64,000 bases of DNA from Calcarisporiella thermophila CBS 279.70 (taxonomy: Eukaryota > Fungi > Calcarisporiellomycota), in the NCBI RefSeq assembly GCF_041956535.1, contig NW_027192196.1:514921-578920 (forward strand). The letters run 5' to 3'. The translations under genes and the position numbers were made by a program. The notes below the pieces were generated by a model. The model was not told the origin of the DNA. It saw only the letters and a program-made list of their open reading frames with translations, and did no database searches. This document shows, in pieces, positions 49,917-62,500 of the stretch. The number at the start of each line of letters is the position of its first letter. The stretch's first letter is position 1.

Positions 49917-51240
49917 ATGGCCGATGATCCAAAGACTTCTGAGCTGGAATCTGGGGTACATGAAGAAGACGATTGGGGAGAGATTGAAGGAGGCGAGGAC
50001 GGGTTTGGTGACTTTGGAGATTTCGGCGGTGGGGAGGATAACTTTGATGAATTTACTGATTTTGCTGAGCCAACCATCCATGAAACGCCAGATCCCGTAT
50101 TTGTACAGCCACTACCAGCAGCCAAAGTATTCCTGAGCCATGCACATTAATCCACTGTTTCCGTTACTAAATGGATCTTTCGGTTTTTTTTTTGGATAGC
50201 ACCTCGATTTTCAGCTGGGTGCACGCGATATTGCACTCGAATTTGTCGATGCCTTGGAATCGATATTTCCAGAAACAACGCAAATGGCACCGAGTCTATC
50301 TGAGATGAGAGAAACTCGGTCAGAACTCGCAGCAGCACGTCATCACATACTCTGCACAGATGCAGCTCGCAACCTGTGGGAGCGGTTTTCGGCAGACACC
50401 GTGTTTTATAACCCCCTTTCACACACTCGAGGTCAATTCCGATGGCAGCGCTCTCATATCCAAAAGGCCTATCTGGAGGCGCTGGATGTTAGAGTCCAAT
50501 GGAAAGAGGTCAGATATATTTGATCTGGTCTATAGCATTTTGCATGTTGTAATCAATACGGATTCAAACAGAAGCCCAAGCTGGACTCCCCGACAGAAAA
50601 GCAGCAGCAAAGCCCATTGCTCCCATCCGAGAGCACTTTGCCAAAGGAAACGGCCAAGCAAGTCGTGGCCTCACCAACCATGGTTACTCGTGAATCTGAC
50701 AAGGACATCGATCTGGCAGAGGCGAAGCAATTGTGTGAGCTTTCGAGAGGTACCATTAGAATCTGAAGTTGTGCACGAGTGGGCTTCCCTCTAATTTCTT
50801 TTTGTTCGTCTTCCCCCTCTATGCTAGATGAGCTTAAGCAAAAATCGCTCCAAGAGCTCACCGAAATTCGTGACGCCATGCTTGACTGGACACGCCGGAT
50901 CAACGATTCTCTCACCTACTGGCTGGATCAGCGCGAGCAGGCCACTATGGACTCCGAGACCTACAACCACCTGATCGGATGTATTCTTGGCCACGCACAG
51001 AAGCGTGTCAGCCGTAAGAGTGGGGAGAATTGGGACGCGGGCATATCAAGTGCGATACGGCGGAAAAAGAATGGTTCGTCGGTGCTGGGGCTGTCCGGGT
51101 GGAGAAAGGGGACGTCATCGGGGAGTAGCACGGGGGGCAGGACATCCCCGCTGCCGGCCTCGAACAGCGGCTCGATGGCCCCCACTTCTCCGAGTCCTGC
51201 CGCAGAGGCCGACGATGCTACACGTCGACTTTCGATGTGA
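49917..51240 (+). CDS. Aftiphilin/Laa2-like AP-1 accessory protein (DUF5102-like)
   Basis: Acidic N-terminus with DWGEI, DGFGDFGDF and NFDEF GAE-binding motifs. FRWQRSHIQKAYLEALDV segment and C-terminal YWLDQREQATMDSETYN helix. Confidence 0.65.
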
Positions 51241-51923
51241 TAGCGCTCTATGTTTTTGCATCACGCTGATGAGGACAATCCTATTTTGTGTTAATGAATT
51301 CTAGACGGGGGACTGGGTTTCGATCTGGTTGGACTTTCTTTTGCTTGGGAACGCTTGTGTTTGGTTCTCTTTTTCTTGTCATGTTACTCTCCTGATTCCT
51401 TAATTTTCTGTGTCGTCATCCCTCAATCCGCAATCATAATGGTTACCTAATCTCTTCACGGCAATCCATGCAGGCCCTCTGAGTTTTGCTTTTGCCGGAG
51501 CCCTGGCACAAGCGTCTCCAATCGGGAAAAGCCAGAAAATGCTAGATGCCTGCGCACAGGAGGCAGGGGATGGGCCGCGAGCGGGTGGTGTGTCGGGAGG
51601 AATTTCCGTTTGTAACAGGCTCTTTCCAAAATCCATGGAGGATGGGTTCGCTTGTTGTTCGGACCGCGCCAGTGTCTCTGGGCGGACGGGTGCAGGCACT
51701 TGTCTGACGACAACATTGTCAAAAATTGGTGTGACCTAATTTCATAATAAAAGGTAGTTTAATTTAACATATGGCAATGATTGGTGGGAACGGGGAGGGG
51801 GATCCTCTTTTTTCTGAGCGTGGATCGTCTCTATCGCCGTCCCCTCCTATTCCTGCTCCCGTTTTCTTTTGGTTTCGTATTGGCAAGCCTGATCCCATCA
51901 TTCCTCTCCTTAGATCTCAGAAC

Positions 51924-53648
51924 ATGGTAACGGTGACGGAGCCTTATTCATCCCATTCGGAGTACTACTTCACCCGAAATGCCGGCATGCTAAGCCGGTC
52001 TCCCGATGAAGCAGAGGACAGCATTACAAAGTACATGGAGGAAGTGAAGGAGGGGCTCGCTCGTCTCTCCGAGACGGCCTCTCGTCCCAGCGCAAGCCCT
52101 GCGTCCAGCTTTTCCTCGCTCGACTCCGCCTACACCCCCACCACTCCTCCCCGCTCCCTCCAGTTCGAGGGGGAGAAAATCGAGGAGCTGGAGGAGGTCC
52201 CGCTGGGGGTGGACAGCGCGGCGGTGCGGGTGCCATTGCGTGTGGACACCAGCGTCAACGCCCTGAAGCGAAATAAGCGGGCCTCGTTTATGGAGCGAGC
52301 ACGCGACTCCTCCATCGCTCTAGTCTCCACGCTAGGCCTGACACGCTCGCGAACGGCAAGCCCTATAGTGGAGAAAGAGGAGGAGCAGGAGGAGGAGAAG
52401 GAGCCGCTCCAGCCACTAGGGGTAAGCGAAGAGGACGTGGACTGGGAGTTATGGGGCCACATCGTCTCGGACTATGACGCCATTGCAAAGCGGCAGCCTG
52501 CCAAGCTCGCATGGGCCTATTGGTCCGGAGTCCCTCCAACCCTTCGCGGCATGGCGTGGCAGGTGTTTGCGAAGTGCAAGGATGCTTCCCTGGAGGCATC
52601 CTTTGCCAAACTCCTAAAAGGCCGGAGTGCGTACGAAGAGGCCATCGCCACTGATCTGAAGCACTACAGCAGGTTTCTTCGAGAGGAGGACCATACAAGC
52701 GCCTTCAACGTGCTGAAGGCCTACTCGCTGCAGGATGAAGAGGTGGGGCATCAACAGGCCCTAGTCTTCATTACTGCGACCTTGCTTGTAAACGTAAGTG
52801 TCCACGGAACTAGAAAAGTCCCCTCTCCCCTTCCCGTGCCCTAACCTGTTTGAATTTCCACTGACCCGCCGTAGATGCCGGAAGAGGAGGCATTCTGTCT
52901 CTTAGTGCGCCTCATGGCCAACTACGGCCTCCGAGGGTGGTTCGTTGCGCAGGATCTGCAACTCACCCTCTTCCAGTTCGATCGTCTCCTTGAAGAACGC
53001 GCCCCCCGTATCCATATGCACCTCACTCGCAACCGCGTGCTGCCTGTTCACTATGCTGCCGAGTGGTTCACCACCCTCTTCGCGCAGCATCTGCGGCCCG
53101 AAGCACGCCTCCGCCTTTTCGACGTGTTCCTCGCGGAAGGAATCCCGGCGTTATTCCGATTCGCGCTAGCCTTGCTGCAGCGTTACGAGCTCTATATTGT
53201 GAGGATGGAGGGAGAGGAGCTCACGGAGTTTGTCCAGCGTGGCGTGTTCAAGCCGTTGGAGAAGGATCCGCTCCACCTTCAGTACTGGATCGAGCTCGCC
53301 TACGCCACTCCGGTCTCCTCCGCCCACCTGGACAAGCTCGCGAAAGCCCCGCCTTCGACCGAGGCCCTTGCCCGGGAGAACAGCCGGCTGCAGAAGATGC
53401 TCAAGGACCAGAGGAGTCGGCACGGGGACGCGTCCCGGCAGTTGATGAGTCAAAAGTCGGAGCTGGACCGGGTTCGAGAGGAACGGGATGAGCTCAAGGG
53501 GAAAGCCGAGCAGTTGGAGGATCGAGTGAAGCGGCTGGAGATGATGCTGGCGGAGACACGGCTCAAATATGCCGAGAGCGAGTCGAAGCGAGAGTCCCTG
53601 GAGGATACCCTCGCCGATCTCCAGCACACCATGAAGATCAGCGTGTAA
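51924..53648 (+). CDS. TBC-domain Rab-GAP-like protein (Gyp5/Evi5 family) with C-terminal coiled coil
   Basis: GVPPTLRGMAWQ, FNVLKAYSLQDEEVG, MPEEEAFCLLVRLM, YAAEWFTTLF, LRLFDVFLAEG. One intron. Confidence 0.9.
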
Positions 53649-54160
53649 CATATTCAGGAACTTTTTCATGTTTGTTTTGCTATTGTATATTATGACTGTA
53701 TAGCCTCTCTCGTATCCCCCTCCCCCCCCCCCCCCACCTTCATCCCTGTGCTTTTCATGCTATGTTATGTATTTTTATTTAGTCTCCATCGCATGGATTT
53801 CAGCTAGTGAAATATCCTTTATATATATATAAAAATAAACGTCAGCCAAAAAGAAGCTGCCGATAAACCTGTAAAATAGACCAACAAGAAAAGACGAGAA
53901 AACACGATCCATGGGGGAAAAGAGACGAGGAAACTCATTAAAAAGAAGAAAGAGGTAGGAACCATGAAAACATCGCACAGAGGAATAAAAAAAATGAAAG
54001 TTGTAGTAGCGGAAAATAAAAGCAATTAAGAAAGACAAAAAAAATGAGTACAGCCCGAAAATAAAGAACTAAATAAAGCACATATCCTGCGTCAAGCTTC
54101 TTGACAAAGGCGAAAGATGTCTTTTCTAAGCAACGTCTCCACCTCTCCCCAGCTCGTTCT

Positions 54161-54858
54161 TTAGAAGCTCTCTAGCGTCATCTGCTTGGCCACATCGGTG
54201 TTCTCCACCACCGCCAAAAACTCCTCGAAACTAATGCGTCCATCCTGATCTTTGTCTGCCTCCATAATGGTCTTGTCCACTATCTGCTGCAGCTGCTGGT
54301 CTCGCAAGTTGTTCCCGACCATCATTTTAAGCACTAGGAAAAGCTCCCCATTTGAAATGTAACCATCCCGATCCATGTCGTAGACCTTAAATGCAACTAT
54401 ACAACCCCACCCACATCCACAAGAGAAGCAAACATGGTGGAGGGATGAACGATCCATAACAATCAGCCAGGGTCATAGGTCAAACTTACATCGGAGCTTC
54501 TCCGTCTTATTTCCTTTGGCGCTGAAGATGGAGAGTCCCGTAATGAATTCCTTGAAATCGACGTCACCACCACCATCCTCATCAAAGATGTCAATCATGC
54601 GGGACGCGAGAGGATTGTTCGCGACCTGAGGGATGGACAGGAATTCATCCTTGTCGATGGTGCCCGAGCCGTCCTTGTCAAGCTTCATGAAGCGACGGTA
54701 GAGCCGCTGGATTTCTTCAGCAGTGACTTTTGATCGCGAGTCAAATAGAGAGAGATGAGCGACGTCCAATATCAGAAAATCGCATAAAAAATCGCCTGCC
54801 ACTTACAGTTGGTGGTGTTCACCATATCCTCGAGAGGTTGTGATCCGGCTTGTCCCAT
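54161..54858 (-). CDS. CNB1: Calcineurin regulatory B subunit
   Basis: MGQAGS myristoylation site, four EF-hands, [41 protein letters not shown]. Three exons. Confidence 0.98.
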
Positions 54859-55584
54859 TGTTCTTTGTCAATCTGATCAGGGAAAAAAACAATTCCAGGG
54901 TTAATCAAGAAAAAAATGGGAGGATTCAAACTATAAGCAGTGGCGGAGTCATAAACTCCAGAACAGCTGCGGACTCGCCCAAAAGGGGATGGTGGTTTAT
55001 TTCACGATGCCAATGATCGATTCTTTATAGCGCGATGATGGTGGATACTCCTCTACTAGCATGGAATGAAGAGCGTTTGCTCTATCACCATGCCTATGAC
55101 ACCGAATCTCGCGTCGTTCTAACTAGACTGTCGATAGTCTTAGTAGGTGAATTTTATTTTATATCCCAACTCCAAATTTCATCGACATTAGTGACTCTTT
55201 CAGTCCTCTGCCAGCATATACTACGCCGGTCCAACCTACCGGCCAGCTAACTCCTCCTGCTCCTTGCGGCCCTATCGATCCTAGTAGATAGGGTTTCAAT
55301 CCACTCGCAGCTGACAAATTTTAGGGGAGAGTAGAAGCAAGTGCTTCCCCAGCTGGACTGTGGAGCAGTAAACATGGATCCAGTTCAATCGATAATTTAT
55401 TCTAAAGATTATCAAGTTAGTTCACACACATTCAAGTATAAAAGCACATACAGAATGAAATAGGATAAATAAAGATTCCGTCATTAATGAATGAAAAAAA
55501 AACATCCCATAAAAATATAGTGTGAGGGACGAGTGCGTGAAATGGAGAGGGGCTCGGGCAGCGTTTGAATGTTTGACGAACCAT

Positions 55585-55819
55585 TTACGCGTCTATTGAA
55601 AATAAATAACCCATTACTAGACTGTCAGTTATTATTCTTTCACGTATCAACGGGCTTACCGTTTGCCTCCTTCAGGGTTTCGCCCCAGCCGTGGCAGGCT
55701 GGAGAGGGATTATAGCAGAATGCACGTTTATCCACGTTCTCTTTGGAGGGTACAGGCGCGGCGAACACGACCATGCTAAGCACAGTCATGAGGAAGGCGG
55801 TATAGATGAAGCGAGCCAT
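55585..55819 (-). CDS. Small secreted prepropeptide (about 55 aa) with a Kex2 KR site and a two-Cys mature peptide
   Basis: MARFIYTAFLMTVLSMVVFA-APVPSKENVDKR-AFCYNPSPACHGWGETLKEANDA*. GTAAGC...CTGAC...TAG intron at 55593-55659. TATAAAA at 55947-55953 and a CT-rich leader. Confidence 0.75.
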
Positions 55820-56637
55820 GATCGTATGGAGCCGATGAAGGAAGAGAAGGAGGGGAATTCAAGGGGGGAGGTGAAAACGCGGGGCAATCGAATGCAAGGC
55901 AAAGCTAAGGAGACGCTGGTTGCTTTTGTTGGCACGGCTTCCACGTTTTTATAATAGACAAGACGGGATAAAAATAAGTTTGGAAAAGAAACCGGTTTCC
56001 TTTCCGTTTTCTTAAATTTTGTTTATTCTTGTATGACATTAGTTCATTAGGCTTGTTATGGAGAGGGCGGCTGAACAACAAATCGATTCGGGCGAGGAGA
56101 GCGCGTCTCATTTGTTCTCTGGGCTTGAGGGCAAACCGGAAACCTTGGTGGAGGCGTCCCCGAAATGGGGTACGGGAGGGAGGCAATGTTTGCGGGTGAA
56201 CTAAACATTGTAACGAAAGGACTCAGACACTAATGACGAGAGGAAACTGCCCAATGGATGGATGCGAGACCAATATGTGGCATGCCGGGGGAGGTCCTAT
56301 CCCAAAGCCGGCTGCAGAAATAACGGGAGTTGACCTTTGGCCGGCCTGCAATCTTTGGAATTTCGACGCAGAATCCTCCCAGATTCAACGGATCCTGGAG
56401 AAGTTTGAAATGGACGCTTCGACCAAGCTACGCGCATTTTCAATTTTTAAAGGGCGGCTTTAACCCCAAGGAGAAAGAGACAAGTGGCGCAGCGGTTGGC
56501 ATAATTCCCACGACGGCCTCGGTACTTTATTGCTTGCCTTTTGTTCCTACTGTTGCTTTTTTCTTCGTTTCGACCTCATTCCCCTCGATCGAAGGCTTCG
56601 TGAAGAAAAAAAAAAAATACAAAAACCTTAAACAAGT

Positions 56638-56958
56638 ATGAGCACGCCGATCAAACTCACCGAGGAAGAGCGCAGAGTTGAGCTCCAGCCTCTGCTTGCT
56701 TGCAAGTGGGCCATGGTCGAGGGCCGCGATGCGATCAAGAAGACGTTCTTATTTAAAAACTTCAACGAGGCATTCGGATTCATGACGCGCATTGCTCTTG
56801 CCGCCGATAAATGCGACCACCATCCCGAATGGTTCAACGTATATAATCGCGTGGAGGTGACGTGGTCGACCCATGACTGCTCGGGCTTAAGCATGCGCGA
56901 CGTGGAGAGTGCTCGGTTCTGTGATCAGGTCTACTCAACATTGGTTAATTCGCAATAA
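56638..56958 (+). CDS. PCBD: Pterin-4-alpha-carbinolamine dehydratase (PCD/DCoH)
   Basis: [47 protein letters not shown]. Confidence 0.96.
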   Translation: MSTPIKLTEEERRVELQPLLACKWAMVEGRDAIKKTFLFKNFNEAFGFMTRIALAADKCDHHPEWFNVYNRVEVTWSTHDCSGLSMRDVESARFCDQVYSTLVNSQ

Positions 56959-58530
56959 ACTTGGTCATCGCGGATAAAACATAGCCTCTTCTCTAGTTGT
57001 GTTCATTGTGCTTTTTTGTGTGCTTTGCCTGCTTTTCTCTTCGTCCATATGGTTGGATAGAGTTTGAGAGTTTGAAATTTCTACTTTCCCACTACATAAA
57101 GAGATTTCATATCAGATGCATAAGAGTCAGTCTTTCTAGAGCAGGGTGTGAAGAGAGGCCACCTTCGCCACGCTGCCTCCCCACCCTAACATGAGCCATA
57201 CAAGTCTATTTTGGAATGCGCAAATCCCATCCCTGGATAAGGGCCTATAAATGGAACGTCCCAATTTCTCTTTCGAAACTACCAATTTTCTGGCCAGAAA
57301 AAAGGATTGCCGCGGCCTACAAGAGAAAGGGTAGCCGCGCTAATCCCTTGAAGATACTGCGATCCGTAGTAATGATATTCTGGGGCTCCTCCTCGGATCC
57401 GCCGTACCATTGGTCGCAGTACCATTGAAGCTATCGCTCTTAACCTAGCACAAGAGCGTCCCAGTTCCGGTATGCGCCCGGTGGTTTGTTTTGAAAAGTT
57501 AACAACAAGATTCCCTCCGGCCAAAGGATGTTTAAGCATCCCCCCAAACTGATTGGTGATGGAATGCAGATGATATGCAGAGCACCACTCGACCAAGGCC
57601 CGCATGGAAAGCGAGGGAGGAGTGACAGCGAACAAATAAGCGATCCCAGCATGCATGCCGATGGCTGTATAACAGGTGGGGATACATCATGAAGATGGGC
57701 GAGTCCCTGGGGGAGAAGCTGTGGTCAAAGGGCCTAGTCGACACCGGCCCGGTGGATCGAGTGGGCATATTCTTCGCTAATACAACGATGGTCTTAGGAT
57801 AGAGAGGCGCTAATAGAGGGTTGCCGTGCGGCGAAGAGGGCCTGTTGTATGGGGGGATTTCCACTGGGGAGGAGAGGGGGGATCGGCTCTGGCCGGGACG
57901 GCCATTCAGAGCGAGAGGCCTTTCATAGGCCGCTCCTCTTATAGACACATGAAGGCCTTGCAAAGAGGTTCTATTTTTTCCATTGCATTGCAGCTTAGAT
58001 TCGGCCGATTCCCCCCCGAGCTAAGTTGCAATTGCAACCCAGCCGGCAAATGGGGAGCCAAGCCTCCTCCAGACGAGCCCATTATTTGTTTGTTGTTTCA
58101 AAGGCTCCACTGATATTAAATTAAAACCTTTCTCATCTCTGCTGGGTGCGGGCGGGCGGGCGTGCCAAAAAAGGCGCGAATGCCGCCTGTTTAGAATAGT
58201 CATATTGGGCGCGATCGCAGCTCACAGGGGGGGCCGCGATGACACTGCCCTGGGGCAAGCGGCCTGATTTAGGGAGGATTCTGCTCGTGTGGACACCTTG
58301 TTCCGCTTTCAATAGGTCGGGGCCCCTCCTGAGTATACAAAGTTTTAGCTTTGTAACACCCATTGTTTTTTCGATTGTCTTTTTCCAATTTTCTTTTTCT
58401 CACTCTCTCTTTGTTTATTCTCCTTCTGCTCCCTTCCCGATTGCCCTCGCTTGCTTCCTGCCTGCCCATCCCTGCCCTGTCGCCTCTGATTGCACACCGC
58501 CTCCTCTTGGATTGACCCAGGGATTTTGCC

Positions 58531-59993
58531 ATGAACATTAGCGGGCAATCCCGATCATCGCTCGACCTCTCGTCTCAACTGAATCGCCTCTCATCCGCCG
58601 TCCCCTCGCCTATGATTTCGCCCACATCTCCCTTCACCCTCAATTCCCCCTGTCTCGAGCCTGAATTTATTGGACTGGGGACTAATCTGCAGACCTACTC
58701 ATCCATGAACGCCCACCAGAACGGGAATAGCAACAATAACAAGATGAACACCAACACCTTTGTCCACAAGCTCTACAAGTATGTCTCTTGATGATGACAA
58801 ACGCGTGTCCAGCCCATGGTTGCTGACGGCATCTTGCCCTTTATTTTATTAGCATGGTTATCGATAAAAAACACCAGCATCTCATTTGCTGGAATTACAC
58901 CGGCACCAGCTTCATAGTCGCCAACATTGTGTAAGCTCCCTCTCTCTTTCTCAGCTTGTATTAGGCTTGTTTTCCCTGTCTTCCCCAACTGAACCCATCT
59001 TCTGCTTGCCTTTAAAGCGAATTTGCGAGCGAGGTCCTCCCTATCCATTTCAAGCACAACAACTTCTCAAGCTTTGTGCGCCAGCTGAACATGTATGGAT
59101 TCCACAAGGTGAATCGTTCTCCGCGCGGCCACCGAGCCAGCAGCGAGAACCAGATCTGGGAGTTCTCGCATCCCAAATTTCTTCGCGGCCGCCCCGACCT
59201 CCTCTTTGACATCAAGCGCAAAGCCCTCGACGCCGACTCCCTGCGAAGAGACGCAGGCGATTTACAGGGGATCGTGTCGATGATGCAAGTGGCTCAGTCG
59301 GACATGCTACAGCAGTTAACCGTGTTGCAGGACAACTTTAATGAGGTAGTAAGAGAGTTGGGGGAGACCCGCCGGCGGCAGGCCTTGCAGCAGCAGATGA
59401 TCAAGGACCTCACGGAATTTGTTTCCCAACACCATGGTAACTCATCCTCCATCTCCCCTCCTAGCGGAGGAGGTTGTAGAGAGGGCTTGAAACACTAATA
59501 ACCGTGCTCTATGTTCTCATCAGGTTCCGTTCCCCCGGAGCTTTCGTTCGAACACTACGAGATCAAGCAAGAGGTCGCCCGCCCGTCCACTCTCGGCCAT
59601 TTCGAGAGTGGCGCCGCTTCCGGCCCCGGCCACCCCTTGCCTTTTGAATTCGGGTCAACCGCCGAATCTTGCGAAAAATTCGCCCCCAGTTCAGCCGACG
59701 CGCTTCACCTACAGATCAATGATGCCCCCAAGGCCAACCAGAATCACTTACAGTGGGAGCAGTTGGCCCATGGGTTCCACCAGAGCTTTGCCTCCATCTC
59801 TGGGACTGGCGGCGAGATGCATTCCGCCGCCGAGGGCACCGATGTCATGGAAGAAGGAGGCGGGGGAGGCGGTGGCGGCGGCAGTGGCGGTGATGAGGGG
59901 AAAGTGAAGCAAGGTCACGTGGCGAGCGCGGCCAACGGACTCCTCGAGCACGCTGTATTCTCCTTCCCCCATGACACATCGAATAATACATAG
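58531..59993 (+). CDS. HSF-type DNA-binding transcription factor
   Basis: [38 protein letters not shown] and an HR-A/B-like coiled coil. Multi-exon. Confidence 0.93.
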
Positions 59994-60566
59994 TCGGCAT
60001 GAGGGAGTTACAATCGTATATCAAGATATATAAGGATAACCTAGAGTTTTTTTTTGTGTATGCTATTCTTTGCCGTCACCTTCCCCCTTCTCTCTGCTCC
60101 TCCTCCTCCTCCTCCTCTTCGACTTCTTCTCTGCCAAATCCTTGCTATTATATATCATACATGTTGCTAAACGCTATGATATATTTTTAATCATTATCTT
60201 TTTCTTTTTGTGTTGCGTCCCAAGCAAAAATTTACGGTCGAGAATTCTTTATATTTTTTCCAATGTACTTCCAATTGCTGTTTTCTCCTCATCTTTCTTC
60301 TTGAGTTTCCGAGTCTCTTTTTTCCTTTTCCTTTTTCTTTTTTCTTTTCTTTTTTGTTTTATATGATCACAGTCAGTATAAAGTAGCTTTTTGTTACATT
60401 TATGCGTGGGTTGAAGAAACTCTTCGGGTCTGAATGTCACTGATTTGGATTCATTTCTTTAATGAGTTCACGTGGAATTTTCAAGAATCCGGAGTCGCGT
60501 TTTTCATACGCCCTCGATCCACTTTTTCCCTTTCACTCCCCATCGAGTGCTAAGACGGCCCGCAGC

Positions 60567-62500
60567 ATGCAGCAGCAGTGCCAACTCAAACTGACACACA
60601 GCTTCCGCGAATCCTCGGCCTATGCCCACGTGGACGGTAGTTGGCAACGATTGTTGGGATCTAACCCAGGCTGGGTGGCAAATGCTAATTCCACATTTAT
60701 CGTTGGATTTTAGTAAGCGAGCTGACCTACCGAGGGCTTGTAGACGCATTTAGACGGGTGTTTGAAGATTTTGATGAGTCCTCCTGTCAATTGCAGTGGA
60801 AAGACTACGATGGAGACTGGGTCTGCCTCTCACCAAGTAATTCACCCTTTTTTGCAACTGCTTTGTTTTGAAACATTTAAGTAACGCAATGATGTCATCC
60901 ATTGGGTAATCCAGATGAGGAAGGACTCGATCTCCTGCGAGAGCACAGCAAAAACTCTGGGCACAAACTCCATGTACGATGCAATGCAAGCATTAGAGAG
61001 GTGAGAATAGATTCTTCGTCGACAATCGATCTGCCTATGGCTGCTGATTAATACTTGAATGCGTGGATGTCTTGTGTAGGCGGTGAATCGAGACACCCTC
61101 TCCGTTCCTATGAGCCTGGATAATCTACTAAAATTGTAAGCATCTACCGGAGGATTTTGGCGAAGTCTCCTCTACCTCTGCATCTCACCCCCTCTTTCAA
61201 TCCCCTCATTACCTAGATATTCCTGTAGCATCGACGAAACCTACGATCTCGATCATGCAGTCGTCCGCCTTGGGACCATGGACCGCGTTTTGCTAGCCAC
61301 CAAACCAGGCGAGCCTCAGCTTGTCACCTACACTCGAGAGACGGCCCAATGGCTCCTTGAGACGTTTAGCCACCTCCATGTCTATGTTGCGGATGTCATC
61401 ATCAACAAACCGAAATTTCAACGGGAAAAGTTGCCCAAAGACATTGGGTCACGGCTGCACATGTGGTCGCAGTACAGCTTTCCACAGAACATCGACCTGG
61501 TCATTGTGTTGGGGGGCGATGGCACTGTTCTCTTCGCTTCATGGATGCTGCAAGATCAGATCGTTCCTATCATTGCCTTTAATCTCGGATCTCTCGGGTG
61601 CGCACCAGTTTTTTTTTTTTTCTTTTTATTTCTTTATGACACGAAACGATACCTCTAAAATATGTCAAGCACGGATCTAACTTATGGATTTTTTTTTTTT
61701 TTAGATTTTTGACCATATTCGATTACGATAATCACCGTGAGGTACTCCGCGACATCATTGAAGAACGAAAGACCCGTATGAATGTGCGGATGCGCATCCA
61801 TTGCTCCATTTTTAAGTTGGAGGATAAGCTGGACCAGAAGCAGGCGGTGCTGGATGACATCGACAATAGCCTCAATGGCCCAGGTACATCCAATGGCGAC
61901 GCAGCCGGCGATGCCGCCGGTGCTGATCAAAACTTCGACCACGATTGTACCCCTACAGCCCAATTCCATGTGCTGAATGAGGTTGTGATTGATAGGGGTG
62001 CCTCCCCCAGCATGCTGCAGTTCCATATCTGCATCGATGAGATTCTAGCTGCCTCCATCCTTGCCGACGGCCTGGTACTTGGTGAGTTTCGTGTGGCGAT
62101 GGCAGAGTAGGTAGAATCTTCCGCCTTGCTAAACTCTGCTTGTCTTTTAGCGACCCCCACCGGCTCAACTGCATATTCACTCTCTGCGGGCGGTCCCGTC
62201 GTCCACTCTGGGTTTTCCGTCATCGTTACCCCAATTGCCCCCCACTCTCTCACCTCTCGGCCCATGATTGTTCCCGGCAACAAACGCATCCGAGTGTATG
62301 TCGCCGAGTCCAGCCGCGGGTCTGGCTGGGTGAGCTTTGACGGGCGGAACCGTACTTCGCTGCAGAAGGGCGACTGGCTCGAGATTCGGCCCAGCCATTA
62401 TCCCGTGCTGACGGTGAGTCGGGACGGGCCGAGCCAGGACTGGATCAACAGCCTGAACTCGCAGTTCCATTGGAACAGCCGACGAGAGCAAAAGTTGTAG
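60567..62500 (+). CDS. NAD kinase (Utr1/Yef1-like) with an N-terminal PB1 domain
   Basis: NADK motifs LGGDGT, FNLGSLGFL, LNEVVIDRG, TPTGSTAYSLSAGG and SFDGRNR. Four upstream exons splice in frame and encode a PB1 fold with WKDYDGDWVCL. An alternative in-frame ATG lies at 60462. Confidence 0.85.

Noticed and set aside
55585-55819. Small peptide as a RiPP (dikaritin/KEP-type) precursor with a biosynthetic cluster
   Set aside because: Single core with no repeats, and no DUF3328/UstY-like or other tailoring genes nearby. Kept only as a secreted-peptide finding.
57000-58500. ORFs in the long region upstream of the HSF gene
   Set aside because: No motifs or splice-consistent model; probably promoter and 5' UTR.
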